Below, piece after piece: positions 21,892 through 36,030 of a stretch of DNA of 64,000 nucleotides. The stretch's first letter is position 1; each line of letters starts with the position of its first letter. The position numbers and the translations under genes were made by a program. The notes beneath the pieces are model-generated. The model saw only the letters and a program-made list of their open reading frames with translations. It was not told where the DNA came from and did not search any database. This DNA is from Callorhinchus milii (taxonomy: Eukaryota). The stretch covers positions 21,700,001 through 21,764,000 of the forward strand of contig NW_024704747.1 in the NCBI RefSeq assembly GCF_018977255.1, in the 5' to 3' direction.

Positions 21892-23905
21892 TGTCACGGT
21901 AACCCCTTTTGTTTTCTATCCCTGTCTGTTACTTAAATATATTGAGTAGTGCTTTAAATATATTTTTTAATGTATTTAACGTTTTGATACTTATCGTGCC
22001 ATCAAGACCCTGCGATTCCCTGCAATGGTATGTCAGCTCAAGCAACTGAAGCCGCTGCCCTGCTGGAGGTGTTAAAACTCCTCCCGTTGGATACCAAAGC
22101 AGTAATCGTTTCGGATTCTGCTTATGTATGCAAAGCATTTTCTAATGACCTGATCAATTGGGCTAATGAAAATTGGACGAACCACAAAGGAAAACCCTCA
22201 GTTGACAAGGGAATTTGGCGGTCAATTTGGAGAGAGAAAAAGGACAAATCTCTTGTGAAAGTTTGGCAAACTTTAGGACATGGTAAAGATGCATTGCCTA
22301 CACCAAGCAATGATCGCGCTGATATGCTGGCACGCTCAGCTTGTTTTTTAAATGAGCCAACGCCAGTAGAACAAGTATCGATCACGGGCGTTATTAACAC
22401 AAGTTATAGCTTCTGGCAGAACAAGGGGACGGTGAGGGCCTGCCTCAGGCTCGTGCACGCTAGAATCAGGGATCAACTGAAGTTCGGCTTAATAATATAA
22501 TAATAATAATAATCCTTGCATTTGATATAGCGTTTTTCACGTCGGGAGGACGTCCCAAAGCGCTTCACAGAACACACTGTAAAGTGAATTGACTGTATAT
22601 TTGTGGGCGAACGCGGCAGCCAATTGCGCACAGCAATGTCCCACAAACAGTCGTGGATTGAAAATGACCAATTTATTATTGTTTTTGGTTTTTTGGAGGG
22701 ATTATTATTAGGCATGTGGAGTAAGGAAACTTGCCCAAGGTTTCGCCCTGCCTGGAATTGAACTCAGGTCTCTCACTTGCAAAGCGAGTGCTCTAACCAC
22801 TGAGCTACAGGACTCCACGGGAGGGAGGTAAGGAGAGTTTGAGCGATCAATCACGACAAAGGCCAGATAGGGCCTCACCCCGGCAGGAGCCGTCTTCGGC
22901 ACAATCTGCTCAGGGCGCACCGACCGGGTAGCCTACGAGCGCACTCAAAACTGACTGAAGTAAAGGTACAGAAGAACGCTCAAGACGTAACCAAAGAGCG
23001 TCCCGAAAATGTACATAGGGTAAACATGCGCACGTATGGTGCACATCGGGGGGCCATCCGAAAGCAGCAAGTGCGCCTTGTCAGGGTGTGTGTGCGCACG
23101 CACATGGATGTGGTGTACAAGGGGCGATTCCCGACTGCGGGGAAGGAATGTACCTTAAACAACGGAATGTTTTTTGTATCGGGAGAAAAGGAAAAAATTG
23201 TAATAGAAGATGTTGCGCATTTTTGGATTTCTGTTGTACTAGATATTATAGTTATAAATAAATAAATTATATTTTCAAAAAAAAGTTATTAACACCAGTT
23301 ATACTAACGACCCTGTCCTAACAAAGATAGCGACAAACCTGGTGTCAGGACAGGCTGGAACCCTTCCAACTTGGACAAAAGGGAAATATTTGATGGTACT
23401 GGCAACAGGAAAGCAAGAACCAAAATGGGGACGGGATTATTTGATCACCATGGCACATGACGGACCTGGAAGTTTACATAACGGGATAAAGGGAACCCGA
23501 GCCAAACCACGTGAATACTGGTGGCCCGAGGTTAAGAGGAAGATAAAAAGTTATGTGGGAGGGGTGCATGAGGTGTATCCAGGTCAATCCAAACACTGTA
23601 CCTAAAAACAAAAATTTGGAAAGGGTTGAAATGGGAAGACCATGAGAAAGGGTCTATTTAGACTTTGTCGGACCCTTACCTAAAAGTGCCAGAGTGAATC
23701 GGTACATACTTGTTTTTATCCATCACACCACTGGTTTTATCTTTGCGTACCTTTGCAAAAGGCGTACTGCAAAAACTGTGATGATGATAGTAACTGAGGA
23801 GCTCGTAATGGTGTAATGAAAATACTAGAATCCGAAAGAGGCAGTCATTTCACTGCTGAGATCATTAAATCGGTCACTCTAAATTTAGATATTTAGCAAT
23901 TGGTA
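21892..23905 (+). mobile_element. Decayed retroviral-type pol: RNase H plus integrase (foamy/loki-like), interrupted by a SINE
   Basis: RNase H 22030-22345 (SAQATEAAA, IVSDSAYV, W..ENW.NHKGKP, GH..SNDRADMLA); integrase 23450-23900 (AHDG..H.G..YWWP, DFVGPLP, TGFIFAY, ESERGSHFT); LTR-like tgtcacg at 21892. Confidence 0.85.
22491..22818 (-). mobile_element. tRNA(Ala)-derived SINE nested in the retroviral pol
   Basis: Same head, body and tail as 2872-3246. Confidence 0.92.
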
Positions 23906-24126
23906 ATACCTGTCGTTGTGGAAGAACTCATTAATCAAATTATGTTCATCAGTGAGGATTGAACACAAACTGCCTTAAAGGCCCTGGTTAGAATTTTCTC
24001 ACATTCACATCAAATATGGGTCAATTCCAACCAACATACTGTATCCAATAATCTCAGTCCCAGTAATAACTAACTGAATCAGATTACAGCGTTTCAACAG
24101 ATTACATGAATCCAATCTCAATAGTC

Positions 24127-24508
24127 ATTAAACATGGCACCTCCCTACCTCTCTGGTTTCTACCTACCTCTCCGACCTCCTCACTCCCCAATTCACCACC
24201 CGGCGCCTCCGCTCGACTGGCACCAGCCTCCTGCTCGTCCCTTGCACCCTCCTCCTCCTCACCATCGGAGGTCACACTTTCAGCCACCATGCCCCAAACT
24301 CTGGAACACTCTCCCTCAATCCCTCCGCCTTGCCCCCTCTCTCCCCTTTAGCAAGTCCCGCCTGAAAATCTTCCTCTTCGACCATGCTTATGGCTACCAA
24401 CCCCCCCGCGCCCCCCGGCTTGGAGTCAGGCTCCGCCACTGTTAAGCATTCTGAGGTGCTTCCCTCCGTGGAGGATGTTATATAATTGCAAGTTGTTGTT
24501 GTTGTTGC
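24127..24508 (+). mobile_element. L2 LINE 3' fragment
   Basis: PKLWNTLPQSLRLAPSL..KSRLKIFLFD; (ttg)n tail. Confidence 0.88.
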
Positions 24509-25889
24509 ATGGGATGCACTGCCTCAATATTTAATGGCGTGCCTTTTGATTTTGCTGTTTGTCTTGTTCCCTTTTCTCCTTTTCTGTGTTTTCTTTATTT
24601 ACATTTATTTTTGGTAATGGGTTAATTTCATGTTTCACTTTGACTTGTTTCCTGTTCCATCTTGGGAGTATTTCAGCAACCAAATCAATATAGTTTCACT
24701 CGAAGTAATAATGTTTCAGGATGAAAACAATGTTTGGGATTCCTGCAATTTGGTTGAGATATATGTGCATAAGGTGGGCTCCTTCCAGAAACTGGCAAGC
24801 AGTTTTGGAAAGCTGCTATCGGGAATTGGCTAATGGCGGACAAAAATATAAAGCTCTAAAATCAATTTTCACAGCATGCCTTTGCTAAGTATTCGGTTTA
24901 CTGTTATTTGAAAATGAGTTTAAAAGTGCTAAGGACATGGTTGACTTTGTACCATGGACTCTCCCATGTGATTCATCAACAGCAGAAAAATCACAAGGTA
25001 CCATCTGTGTGGTGTTTGGAACAATAACTATTTATAGGTTTTAGCCTCGGCAAGCAGAATGTCAGCAATATAGTGTACAGTATTTCCCCTTTGGGCGCAG
25101 ATTGTCAACAGTAAGCACGCCCAGAGCTACTACAGTACAGCCTCAATACAATATAAATCTGCCTCCACAGTCCTAAACATTTTATTGCACAAATGTAGAT
25201 TTGTTTCATGTCTTGCACTAACCATTCATGTGACCATTAATTTTTCATTCCCCGTGATGCGAAAGGTGCTATACTAATGTAAATTTGTTGTTGTTTTACC
25301 CCCTCCTCTTTTACCTCTTAGAGTTGCTGACTAGTGCAGAGTTACAGTTCGGACCTCAGTTTAATATCTTATCTGAAAGATGGCACTTCCAAAACAATGC
25401 TTCCCAAGCCTGGATTGTGAGCTCAATAATCATAGAGGGCCTTGAACCTAGAACTCTAATTCAGGGAGAAGAATTCTACTCTCTGCCATTTGAAAAGGAA
25501 AAACACTAATGTTAAAAATCCACAACAGACAAACCAACATCTAAAAGAAGGAGATGAAGAAATTTGGGCATGATTTCAAAATTCATCAAATGTTTAGCAA
25601 ATTAAATACAAAATATGTTTAAATGCAAAATTACAGTACTAATGTTCTTCACCAGGGAGTGGAAGAAAACAATATGTCGTTCTGTGACAGCCATGCTCTC
25701 AGATTGCTATCTGCTCTCAGTTTATCTTGCTTGAGTTCAGCTGATCTGTCACCGTGTAGCTTGTTTTATTCACATTGCTGTGTATTTAAATCTTTGAATA
25801 ATGACGTGCCCAAAATCTACAAATGGACCATCTTTTACTGTCTAGGGAGTTGTGAAGGATCACAAAAAAATTGAAACGCAAACGATAAT

Positions 25890-26260
25890 ATTTTTTCCTG
25901 CCGGATTTCTTTCCTCGCTTTCTGAAGGTGCTGGGATGTGTTTTCACAATTACGAGATGCCTTGTCCAAGTATCTATTCCTCGATTGCGAGACCCCATCT
26001 TGCACTTTGGAAGGCTAATCGACTGGGGAAAGATGGGGGTAAAATCATAGCCGAGCTCAATCCTGTGCTAACCCAAGGTGTCCACACAACACTTTCTGGC
26101 AGATTCATTGGGCAGTGATCAAGGAGCACTTGGAACCCTGACTGAATTTTCATTCCCTGGTCCAAGAGATGCTGAGGCCCAATTGTTGTGACACAATCTC
26201 TGCCCCTCTGAGATCAGCAAAATCAGCATAGACTGCAATTTAAACTTATGATCTGGTTAG
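25890..26260 (-). mobile_element. Old SINE, same family as 15-190
   Basis: Degenerate similarity to 15-190 and 18230-18580. Confidence 0.45.
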
Positions 26261-29200
26261 CCTGGTGATGCACTGGAAAGTACCATCAAATCCCCTTCAA
26301 AGTGAATCTTAGCCATTTAACAGAATAGCGTATATGTATTAGCCACTCTGTGCAGCAATAGAGCCATTAATAGCAGCAAATTGGAGCAATTTCGATAATT
26401 ACACATTTAAGGTACTCAATGACTAGAGTAAATTCTGCCTTTCAGATATAAAGGTTTCTTTCAAAGAGTTATATGGATCCAGCTATTGCCCCTTTAATTA
26501 AATAAAGAAATTGAAGTGGTTGCTACATGGCTGGCTGTGTAACCGTCCTTTAATGCCAAGAGTAAGGTTAAGCTCATCTGCATGTGTACGAACAAATCAT
26601 GTGTAGCTCATTCTGGGAGGCCCTACTATATCTTCAACAGTCACGCATTACTGCAAGACAGAATGGAGCTGTTAAGGCATGGAAGACACATAGGGATATC
26701 ACTTCCTACACAAATCTACCATCTCCTAGAGGCAGATCTGAGTCAGATTTTAACATAAATAAATTTTTAATTACATAGATATTATGATGACAAGTCCATG
26801 GCTTGCAGGTGGGGTTAGATTTTGCTCTGATTCTCACACCGCTGAAAAGGTTTTACAGTGCCTGCAACCATCACACTGAAGCCGTTGCATTGTGGTGGTT
26901 ATTTTGTGAGCGTGACCCTGTGATAACCCTTGAGTGATCAGTATATCTCCATGGATTTTTCTACTTCTTTGTACTTTTAGTTATTAATATTTTTGTTCTT
27001 GTCAGAGGGCGGGCTGAAATTCTGGTCTGCATCAAGCATATCACATTATCAATGTGTATTTATAATGGGTGGAATCCTATTAGGAACCAACATCAAACCC
27101 AAACTCAACACACAATGCCAAGTAGAATCCCAGCCCAATAGTAAGCCTCTAATTTGACCTGAATCTTTGGGATGGCAGAGCACCATTCCAACATTTCCAC
27201 CTCACGCCTGTTTGGAGGGCTTTGCTGTGTGCAAATTGGTGGCCGTGTTCACCTACGAGTTCACAGTCCCTACACTTTACAGAAAGATGCCATCCTGATG
27301 CGAAAGGCTCTGTATCAAATGCAAAAATTATCATTATCTTTCGTGTGGGTCGCTAAGAATTATTTATGAAGTACGCGGCACAAGGCAATGTGTACTGATT
27401 CTGAATCAAATGCCACATCCAGGCCACATTACTATCAAGCCTGATAAATTCTAGCTTTATGAAATCTGTAGGGTGCGTTCATTAAATGCCAATAGCAAAT
27501 TAAGCATGTTAATGAAGAAATGCAGGTGAGGTTTAGTACAAGATATACTTTCATCCATAACAAGGTAGGCTTTCCTCTGTACCACTCGTTGCACGCCACA
27601 TCGTGTTCAACGCTGTTTTACGATGCAGCTGGCTGTCATTTTCTAAGGCATTAAAATATAATGCACCAGCTACTCTATAGAACAAACCTACAGTGTAAGA
27701 AGGGCGTTAGGTCTCCACATACACCACCAGTCAATGAAGGTTTGAGTTCTAATTATAATTTTAGCTATCTCAGCAGGTTTATGTCTACTCAAGGTCCCCT
27801 TGAAGTTGTGCATGTTATCGTCTTAATACCAAGACTCTATTCTTAGAGCACTGTAAATATTATGAATGCTTATTTTTAGATCATGAAATCAGTAATGCTC
27901 CTTCAATTTTTCCTAATGGACAGTGTTGGTATAAGCTGCATTTAGATACAGTACTATCCACTGGCTTGAGCTTCTGGTTTACGGCAAGGTTAGACAAAGC
28001 TGCATAAATATAACATGAGAAACTAGGAATTAAAAGGACACTAGTCTATTGTCATTATTACAAAAAAAATGTTATTTAGGTCATGCAGGTACTAACCTGT
28101 TCTGGTAAATGTTGCTGCCCAAGACAGGAGTCCTCATGTTGTGAGCTAAGATCTGAGCGGAATAGTAATGTTCAATATTTACTGTTTCCACTCGGACTGG
28201 AGACAGTTTCAATAAATTATGTCCATACAGAGAAATTGGGGGGAGCAAACTGTGGTGTGGTAGTTGAAGACTTAACCTGCTGTTTTATTCATACGTGACT
28301 TATTTCCAGTGAAGTATTTTATTAAATATTTTAACACGGGATTGAAAAATTATTAAAACACAACAAATTACGGCAACAACATAAATATCTGTTTTTGTAA
28401 CTATTCTTCCACAGCACGTAGATATTTTAAGCGAGTTAGATGCAGATTAGACAAGGATAGAGGCCACAGACCATATTTTGTAGCCAGCAAAGAGCAAGGT
28501 CAAGGAGAACAGCAACAAAATAAGTATATTTCAAAGTATCGATTTTTTATTTTTGCTGTATTCAAAGCTTTTCCTACAAAACTGAGGTTCGTTAACACAA
28601 AAAGGGTGTTAATGAAAATCATGATTATGGGAATCACAATTCAGAAAATGTTGCATGTTTGGCCATGAGTGTAATCCCACGCCCCAGCTCCATGACAACA
28701 TTTGGGCCAGAAGCTTACTCTATAGCTTTTGGAATCAGATGTGACTTGCTTCTAGAGGGGAGTTTCCCACCCGTCAAAGGCAATTTTAGTGGGCTTCGGT
28801 GTTAAGGAGAAGCATTAAGAAATACAGCAAATTAGATTCATTCACAGAGTCACATAAGTGGTTTGATTGCTTCTATTTATCAGCAGCTTGGTATCCTAAA
28901 AAGTGTATGCTATGTAAAATGTTATCCTAATTCTTTCATGGTTTTATTTTAAAATGAAACGTGATTCAGTAAGTACGACCGCTATCACTGAAAGGCTTCA
29001 ATGGATCTGGTGGAACGGAAAGCCTATCACCAATGTCACCGCTGAGTTAATCTGCACAAACTTGACTTAGGATATTTTACATGAGTATTTCATGTGGTTT
29101 ATTACAAAAAGGCTGGGTTGGAGCAGATACATTGCAGTGAAAGGCTTATTCTCTTTTAACTATTTCAAATGAAAAAGATACAAATAAGTTATACTGTAAG

Positions 29201-30676
29201 TGTCACCATCTCCGGCTCATGTGGGTGAACAAAAATAATGTGGTGGCAATCGGCATTGTGAATTCTTTGTGATCATGATACTGAAAGTTTTTTTATTTCA
29301 ACTTTTTCTACCATGAATGGTGCTAACTACCATGTCTACTATTCTATTGTAGAGGCTGTATGGCCTGATATAGTAATAATAATAATCCTTGCATTTGATA
29401 GAGTGCTTTATCGCATCATCAAGATGGCTCAAAGAGCTTTATAGGATTTAATGTAGAGTCTAATGACTGTATTTTGCCCTGATGTGAGGCTTGAGGCCAA
29501 AACCCTCTGACTGAGGCGAGAGTGCTACCAACTGTGTCAGGCTGACTAAAGATTTATATAAAAATACCTCTCCAGTACAAGATATAAAGGTGTTCAATAA
29601 TGTAGCCATAGAAATTATATATGTTTTTAAATGAAATTGAAATTAAAGCTGTGATTAAAAATATTATCAGTAGAATCAATGGCCGGTATGAGGTTTAAAC
29701 CTATGCTCTGGTTTACTTCATTCATTTTCAAGGCACATAAAGTGAGATTAGTAAATTTACTAATCTTGGTGATGTGAGTCATAAAGAAAAACATCCTGAA
29801 ATGAGTGCAAGTTGCCAAGGTCAGTAAATATAATGATTAATGGAATATAATCTTTTAAGCTTCTGTTATGAACAAGCTGTTTTGCAATGATCTATTGCAA
29901 TGTTTCTTCACTTTATCTGCGAATCTGGATCATTAGCTATCATTAATCACATCTTAATGACTCTTAATCACACATTAAAAAAAAATTTAAATGCGCTGTC
30001 TATTATTAAAAATTCAAAATATAATGATAGATGATCTCTTGTAGCTGGGATTCCTGCAATAAATCTTCCTTATAGGATATCCCTTTCAGAAGTAAAAGGC
30101 AATTAAGAAAGAGCCAATGAGATAAAGACAGGAAGTACAAAACGACACTGGGAGTTGGACAAATGGGTGGTGTTTATGGTTAGTGGATTGGAGTATTCTG
30201 AGTTGAGAATAAAGAAATTTCTGTATTAAAAAAAAGAAATTTAAGAACACACTTTGTCTCTGGATTGAGAGTTATTGCATTTCCTGTCCAACTTCATTTT
30301 TAAAATGTATTGAGCATTTTCCTTTAAAGAACTTACTACATTATATTTTCGATCACAAGTGTTTTTAGGTCACTTTATCTCCAGACCACAATTCTTCATT
30401 TCCAATTACACTTAAAAACAATTTAAACCTTATTTCAGATTTCTCCTTTTTCTCTGCGGCAACTGGAGAATAGGCAAGATTAATGTACCTGCATTAATAG
30501 TGTTAACCAATGTTTTATCTGGAGTCTGGCTTGGGTGGCCTAATTTAGTCTGAGCAGCAGCCAAAGTGATATTGCCCACAGATGGACCAATCTGCCTTAG
30601 CAGCCTGGAGGATAATTAGTAAAGTTGGTACCTGATTTAGTTTGTCCACTTTGGCACTGAAAGACCATGTGGGTAC

Positions 30677-31660
30677 AATGCAAAATTACATTGGTAAAGC
30701 GCCTGGAGGACGTCCCAAGGTGCTGAACAGTCAGGGATTAAGACCGGAGTGGGGGTGGGAGTTGGGATCAGGGAGGGCAAGAGAGTGTAGGAGGGTGGCC
30801 GAAGGCACAGTCAAAGAGGAGTGTCTTGAGGCGTGCCTTGAAGGAGGCAAGGGATGGAGCGAGGTGAAGGAAATGTGGGATGGAGTTCCAGAGGGTGGGG
30901 GCAGAGAGGCTGAAGGCCTGACTGCCGATGGTGGAGCGGGCCATGCAGGGGACGTGGAGCACGCCAGAGCCTGCTGAATGGAGGGAGTGGACAGGTTGAT
31001 AAGGGATCAGCAGATCAGACAGGTAGGAGGGGGCAAGGCAATGGAGGACCTTGAAGGTGAGGATGAGAATCTGAGGGATGGGGAGCCAGTGGAGCCGGGT
31101 GAGGGTGGGTGTGATGGGGTCATGGAGCTTGGTGCAAGAGAGGACACGAGCTACAGAGTTCTGGATGATCTGCAGCTTGTGGCGGGAAGAGTTGGGAAGG
31201 CCAACAATCAGGGCATTGGCATAGTCGAGCCTGGTTGTAATAAAGGCATGTATGAGGGTTTGGGCAGCCTGAGGGGTGAGGCAGTGGCGGAGTCGGGGGA
31301 ATGTTGCAGAGGTGGGGGAAGGCAGAGCAGGTCAGGACACGGATGTGTAGGAGAAAGGACAGTTGAGGGTTGAACAAGATCCCCATGTTCCTGACTGGCT
31401 TGGTGAGGTGGAGTGTGCAACCGTGGATGCTGATGATGCCGGTGCCGGAGGTGCTGGCGTGAGATAATCAGGAGGGCCTCAGTCGTGCTGATGGTGAACT
31501 GTAGAAAGTTGGCTCTCATCCAGGACTTGATATCTGACATTCAGTCTGTCAGCTCATCAGTGGTCCTGGGGTCAAGGGTGGAGGCAGAGAGATAGAGCTG
31601 GGTGTTATCCGCGTACATGTGGAAGTTGACCCCATATCTGCGGATGATATAACCAAGATA
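30677..31660 (-). mobile_element. L2 LINE 3' fragment
   Basis: [34 protein letters not shown]; tail. Confidence 0.93.
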
Positions 31661-34600
31661 TCACCCTTGATTTTGCCACCTAATTGTTTAACCCCTGGCC
31701 CAGATCATTTTGGGGTAGAATGGTTGGTTTCTGCCAGAATGATTTAGTGGGGAAATCTAAGCCACATTAAACACAAGGAAACGAAAGAAAACAGGACACG
31801 TGTGTGTTTGGGGAGCGAGGGAAAGAAACAACATAACAAGAGAGCAGAAGTTTAAAAAATAGGTACTAAGAAAAGAAAAACAGACACCAAAAATGAGCAG
31901 ATACACAAGTAGACACACAAAATAAAACCGTAAAGCAAATGGTTGAAATGCATTTGGAGTCATTGTAAAATGACTAAATTACACTAGTTTATTTATGGCT
32001 GCTTAGGTTGTCACACTGATTGATTACTACTTGGGAGAACAACAATACCCCTGATACAGTGGGTTTGTTTTAATGCAAATGGAGCAAGGAATAAATGGGA
32101 GAGAAACATACAAGTAAAATCGCAAAAGCCACGCAAAAAATAATAGATGCCGGTTCCATTTTTATGGTTGTCAGCGCGTATCAGCTCAGTTCCTGGCACT
32201 CCCATTAGGGAGAGATAACCACTGACACTGGGCCAAAAACAGCAGTGATTGTTTCTTCCATCATTTCAAAGGACCATATAAGTGCATCGCAATTTTACTT
32301 TAGAATGACTGCCACAAAGCTACGTGTTTTCAAGAGAGTTGAATCACCTTATTACATTCTCACACCACCAAAACGGTGTTTCAAGCCCAGAATGATTGTG
32401 GACTTTTGTCATAACTTCCTAAACCTGAAAAAGACAGGGCCGTTATCAAATTTTCGAGACCTCGGAAGGAAACTGCAATTATTAATTTCATTTCAGATTT
32501 AAGAAAGAGTCCAGATAGATTCGAAAGTGATGTGTGAAATAGACTGCAGTTTTAATGTATCAGAAAATCTCCCATCAGGCGAAGGATCTCTTTCTGCTCT
32601 TCACGTGCAATCTTGAAAGCTAGCCATAGTAAGATGACCAGCAGTAGTGTGCTTTTAATTCCTGCCCATTCTCACTGTTTCTTTAGCACTGCAATGTGCC
32701 GAAGCCGACACTGTGACATTTGTTTCTCTGCTTGATCCTACAGAGATGCAGACATGAGCACATCTAGTTATTTGAGCGAGCAGCCAGCAAACCTGAGTAT
32801 TAATGTTTGTTGGAACCCAAAAAAATGCCGCAAAGTTGACAGGTCTTAAAAGGCCTGTATTTAACATTACATTTTGGGATTAAAAAGCTATCCTTCTTTG
32901 ACCTTATTTCGAAATAACAGTTACTATAAATACATGGTAAAGAAAATGAAAAATGCTTCTAATCTTGTACTTATGTGTAAGCCTGCAGAACTCTATATAA
33001 AATGAATGCGTTTGCAAATGGACAGATAAAATGAAAGAGGAAGTGAATGTTTAAAGATGTCCCAAGCTGTGCTGTAGAGATATAGACACGAGCACATTTT
33101 TACATATTTGAAAGATAAAGATGAAGAAAATATAAAAAAGAAACATGCAGGACAAAGAATATTTAAAGCAGCCATGCTGTATAAATTCATTTAGCGGTAG
33201 AGCTTCTTACAAAATTTCTTTTTCAACTGCTATGATTGGAAAAGTACAACAATAATTAGTTTTCAAAATTACATTTCTCCACACAGGAGATGGTGAGAAG
33301 ATGCCTTCTTCTCAGTCGCCAAACAAATGACGAGGTTTAGCTGGACTGGCTGAAGAGAGGTTTGACTCCAGAAGATATTCACATGGTTCCTTTGCCATTG
33401 CTTATAGAAGTGGCTACCATTAAAAGGGAAACTTCAAGACCCAGACATGCACAGAACAATCTCATCATAATTTCGAAAAGGAAATGGACAAGTTATTAGA
33501 TGAAAGGATAGATGTGTGGAAGGAATCTTTTGGGAAACTGAATGGGTGGGCTAAATGGACTGAAGGTTTACTCTTGACTGAAGCTATTACCACAGTTATG
33601 TTACTGTAATAATCACATTTCAAAGTGGATGTTTTGCACTTACTGAAAGTAGTTAGTGACTATTCGGGAGAGATAAATTGCAGATCTTAGTCACAAGATC
33701 ATTGAGCAATGCTGGCTGACGTTACTACACATGAAAATTATGATAATTGTTTTATCTTACCAGGATACACATCACACAGAAAACCCTTCCTCTTTTTAAC
33801 CAGCATTCTAATAAAACATGGGGGTAAGTGACTACATACATAGAGTAATCACTTGGACATCTCACAATATGAAGGGTTTCAAGGCCAATAGATGGTGCAG
33901 AGGACATTCATTGGGATGATACCAAGGATGAAAGGTTTTAGTTATGAGGAAAGACTGGAAGAAGTTTCTCCTCCTTTTGAAGGTGCACATAATGTTTAAA
34001 CGTCTGAAAGTGCTTCACAAATAACTGCTATCATGTGCAGTGACTGCGTATTTGCAACCTGGTGCAGCAGGCAATGTCCCACAAGCAGCCTTGAAGTGAC
34101 ACCACTTAATAATCTTGAGGGAAATAGGCCAGCAGAGCGGAAGAAACTCCCTTCTCTTTTTGAATAGTATCATGGGATCTTTATTGTCCACCTGAAAAGG
34201 CAGATGGGACCTTGATTTAATGTCTCATCCAATGGATGGCATCACTGACAATGCAGTACTTCTTGAACACTCATGAGGCTTTTTATTTGTAAATGTTTAA
34301 AAGGGAATGTATTTGGAATTTTGGAAAAATACCTGCAAATACTTTAGTACTGGTTGAACGTTATTAAGTTTTGAAACAGCAGCTGTGGAGAATGGAATTA
34401 CCGGTATAGTCTTAGAAACTTGAGCTTTTCAACTGCTGCACTGATTTCATAAAGTATTTACCCTTCAAGTTAAAGTGATCAGAAGAATTCACAGTAACAT
34501 TTCTTTCTAAACAACTTCCTCCAAAAGCAGCCATTTGTGCCAATAAACAAACCATGTGCAAGGCAGGTAGACCGATTGTACAAATAAGAATGAAATGGAT

Positions 34601-35725
34601 GGATGATTAGGAGGATAGATTTGGTAGCAGATCACAAATTAGTCTGTGGAACACTAAGCCTCCACCACTTCTACTGGGACCAAAGGAACGTCATATGAGG
34701 AATTGAGATTGAGGTCACAATACTTAATAATCTGCATGTAATATGATTGTGACTTTTGGTTCGCAAAATTCCCCAGGTTAAAGTGGTTATTCACTTCATG
34801 GCTGTGCGTGGGACCTTGCTGTGTACAATATTGACTGCCATGCTCGCCTACAAAACACACAGTTACCACACGTTACAATAAATCTTGTGAAGTGCTTTGA
34901 AAAGACCTCCTGACATGAAAGGCTCTATATGAAATGCATGGATTATTAGGACTATGCCCTTCAATTCTAACCATTCTAAAAGAAGGTTTCATTATTTTAA
35001 AAATACATTGACGTCACTTCCCAAGAGCTGTGTAAACGTGTGAGTAGACTCTTGTTATCAAAGTGTTTGACTCCATCAAGGCTTAGCATAAGAAGGATCC
35101 TTTAATAAATGAGACCATGGAGGGCTGTATTTGACCCCACTTGGCTGAGGCAAATTAAAATGAAATATGGATACATTTCTTAGAGTACTTCCACAATGTT
35201 TTCCAGGAACGAAGATTACTTTTGCAAGGGAGAATAGGTTTGCTGGAATAGGCTTGGTAACAGGAGGTGTGTTACACAGCCCTTAAAGGAAACAAGGACA
35301 CATGTGTATTTTCAAAACTTGATCTTAAAAAATGTAGGTGATGTACAGAGTCATTTTTATCACTTGCAGTTCACTTGCAATTATCTTTTAAAAGAGTGTA
35401 TATTTTTTGGAATATATATTTGTGCATAATGGCTCAAAATTAGCGTTGACAGACAATTGAATTGAGTATTCTGAATTCTCTCTTAATGTCTTTGGCACTG
35501 CTGATAGATTTGTGTAACGTATCTGCCGTACAGGAGAGACTCAAAGTAACAGTGATTTCCAAGTTTTTTTGCGTAGTAGGCCCAGTGTGCTGTATGTTGG
35601 AGTAGGAATCGAAAGTAGAGGTGAGCACCGTGCTTCAATTGGCTTCATATTTCCTGTTGCACTGTAAAGCACATTGAAACAATCATAATGACCATTAGTG
35701 GACTAACTGTGATGCAGCTTAATCC

Positions 35726-36030
35726 TGGAGTCCTGTAGATCAGTGGTTAGAGCACTCGCCTTGCAAGCGAGACACCTGGGTTTAATTCCCGGCAGGGTGG
35801 AACCTTGGGCAAGTTTCCTTACTCCAACGCCTAATAATATTCCCTCCAAAACAAAAAACAATAATAAAATTGTCCACAACTGTTTATAGGACACTGCTGT
35901 GTGCAATTGGCTGCCGTGTTTCGCCCACAAATATACAGTCAATTCACTTTACAGCATATTCTGTGAAGCACTTTGAGACGTCTAGAAGACGTGAAAAGCG
36001 CTATGTCAAATGCAAGGATTATTATTATTA
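35726..36030 (+). mobile_element. tRNA(Ala)-derived SINE
   Basis: Anticodon-arm-like ctcgc-cttgcaa-gcgag, A/B boxes, L2-type tail and (tta)n. Confidence 0.92.

Noticed and set aside
35726-35800. tRNA-Ala(TGC)-like sequence
   Set aside because: It is a SINE head: no proper acceptor stem, and it continues into the SINE body in several copies
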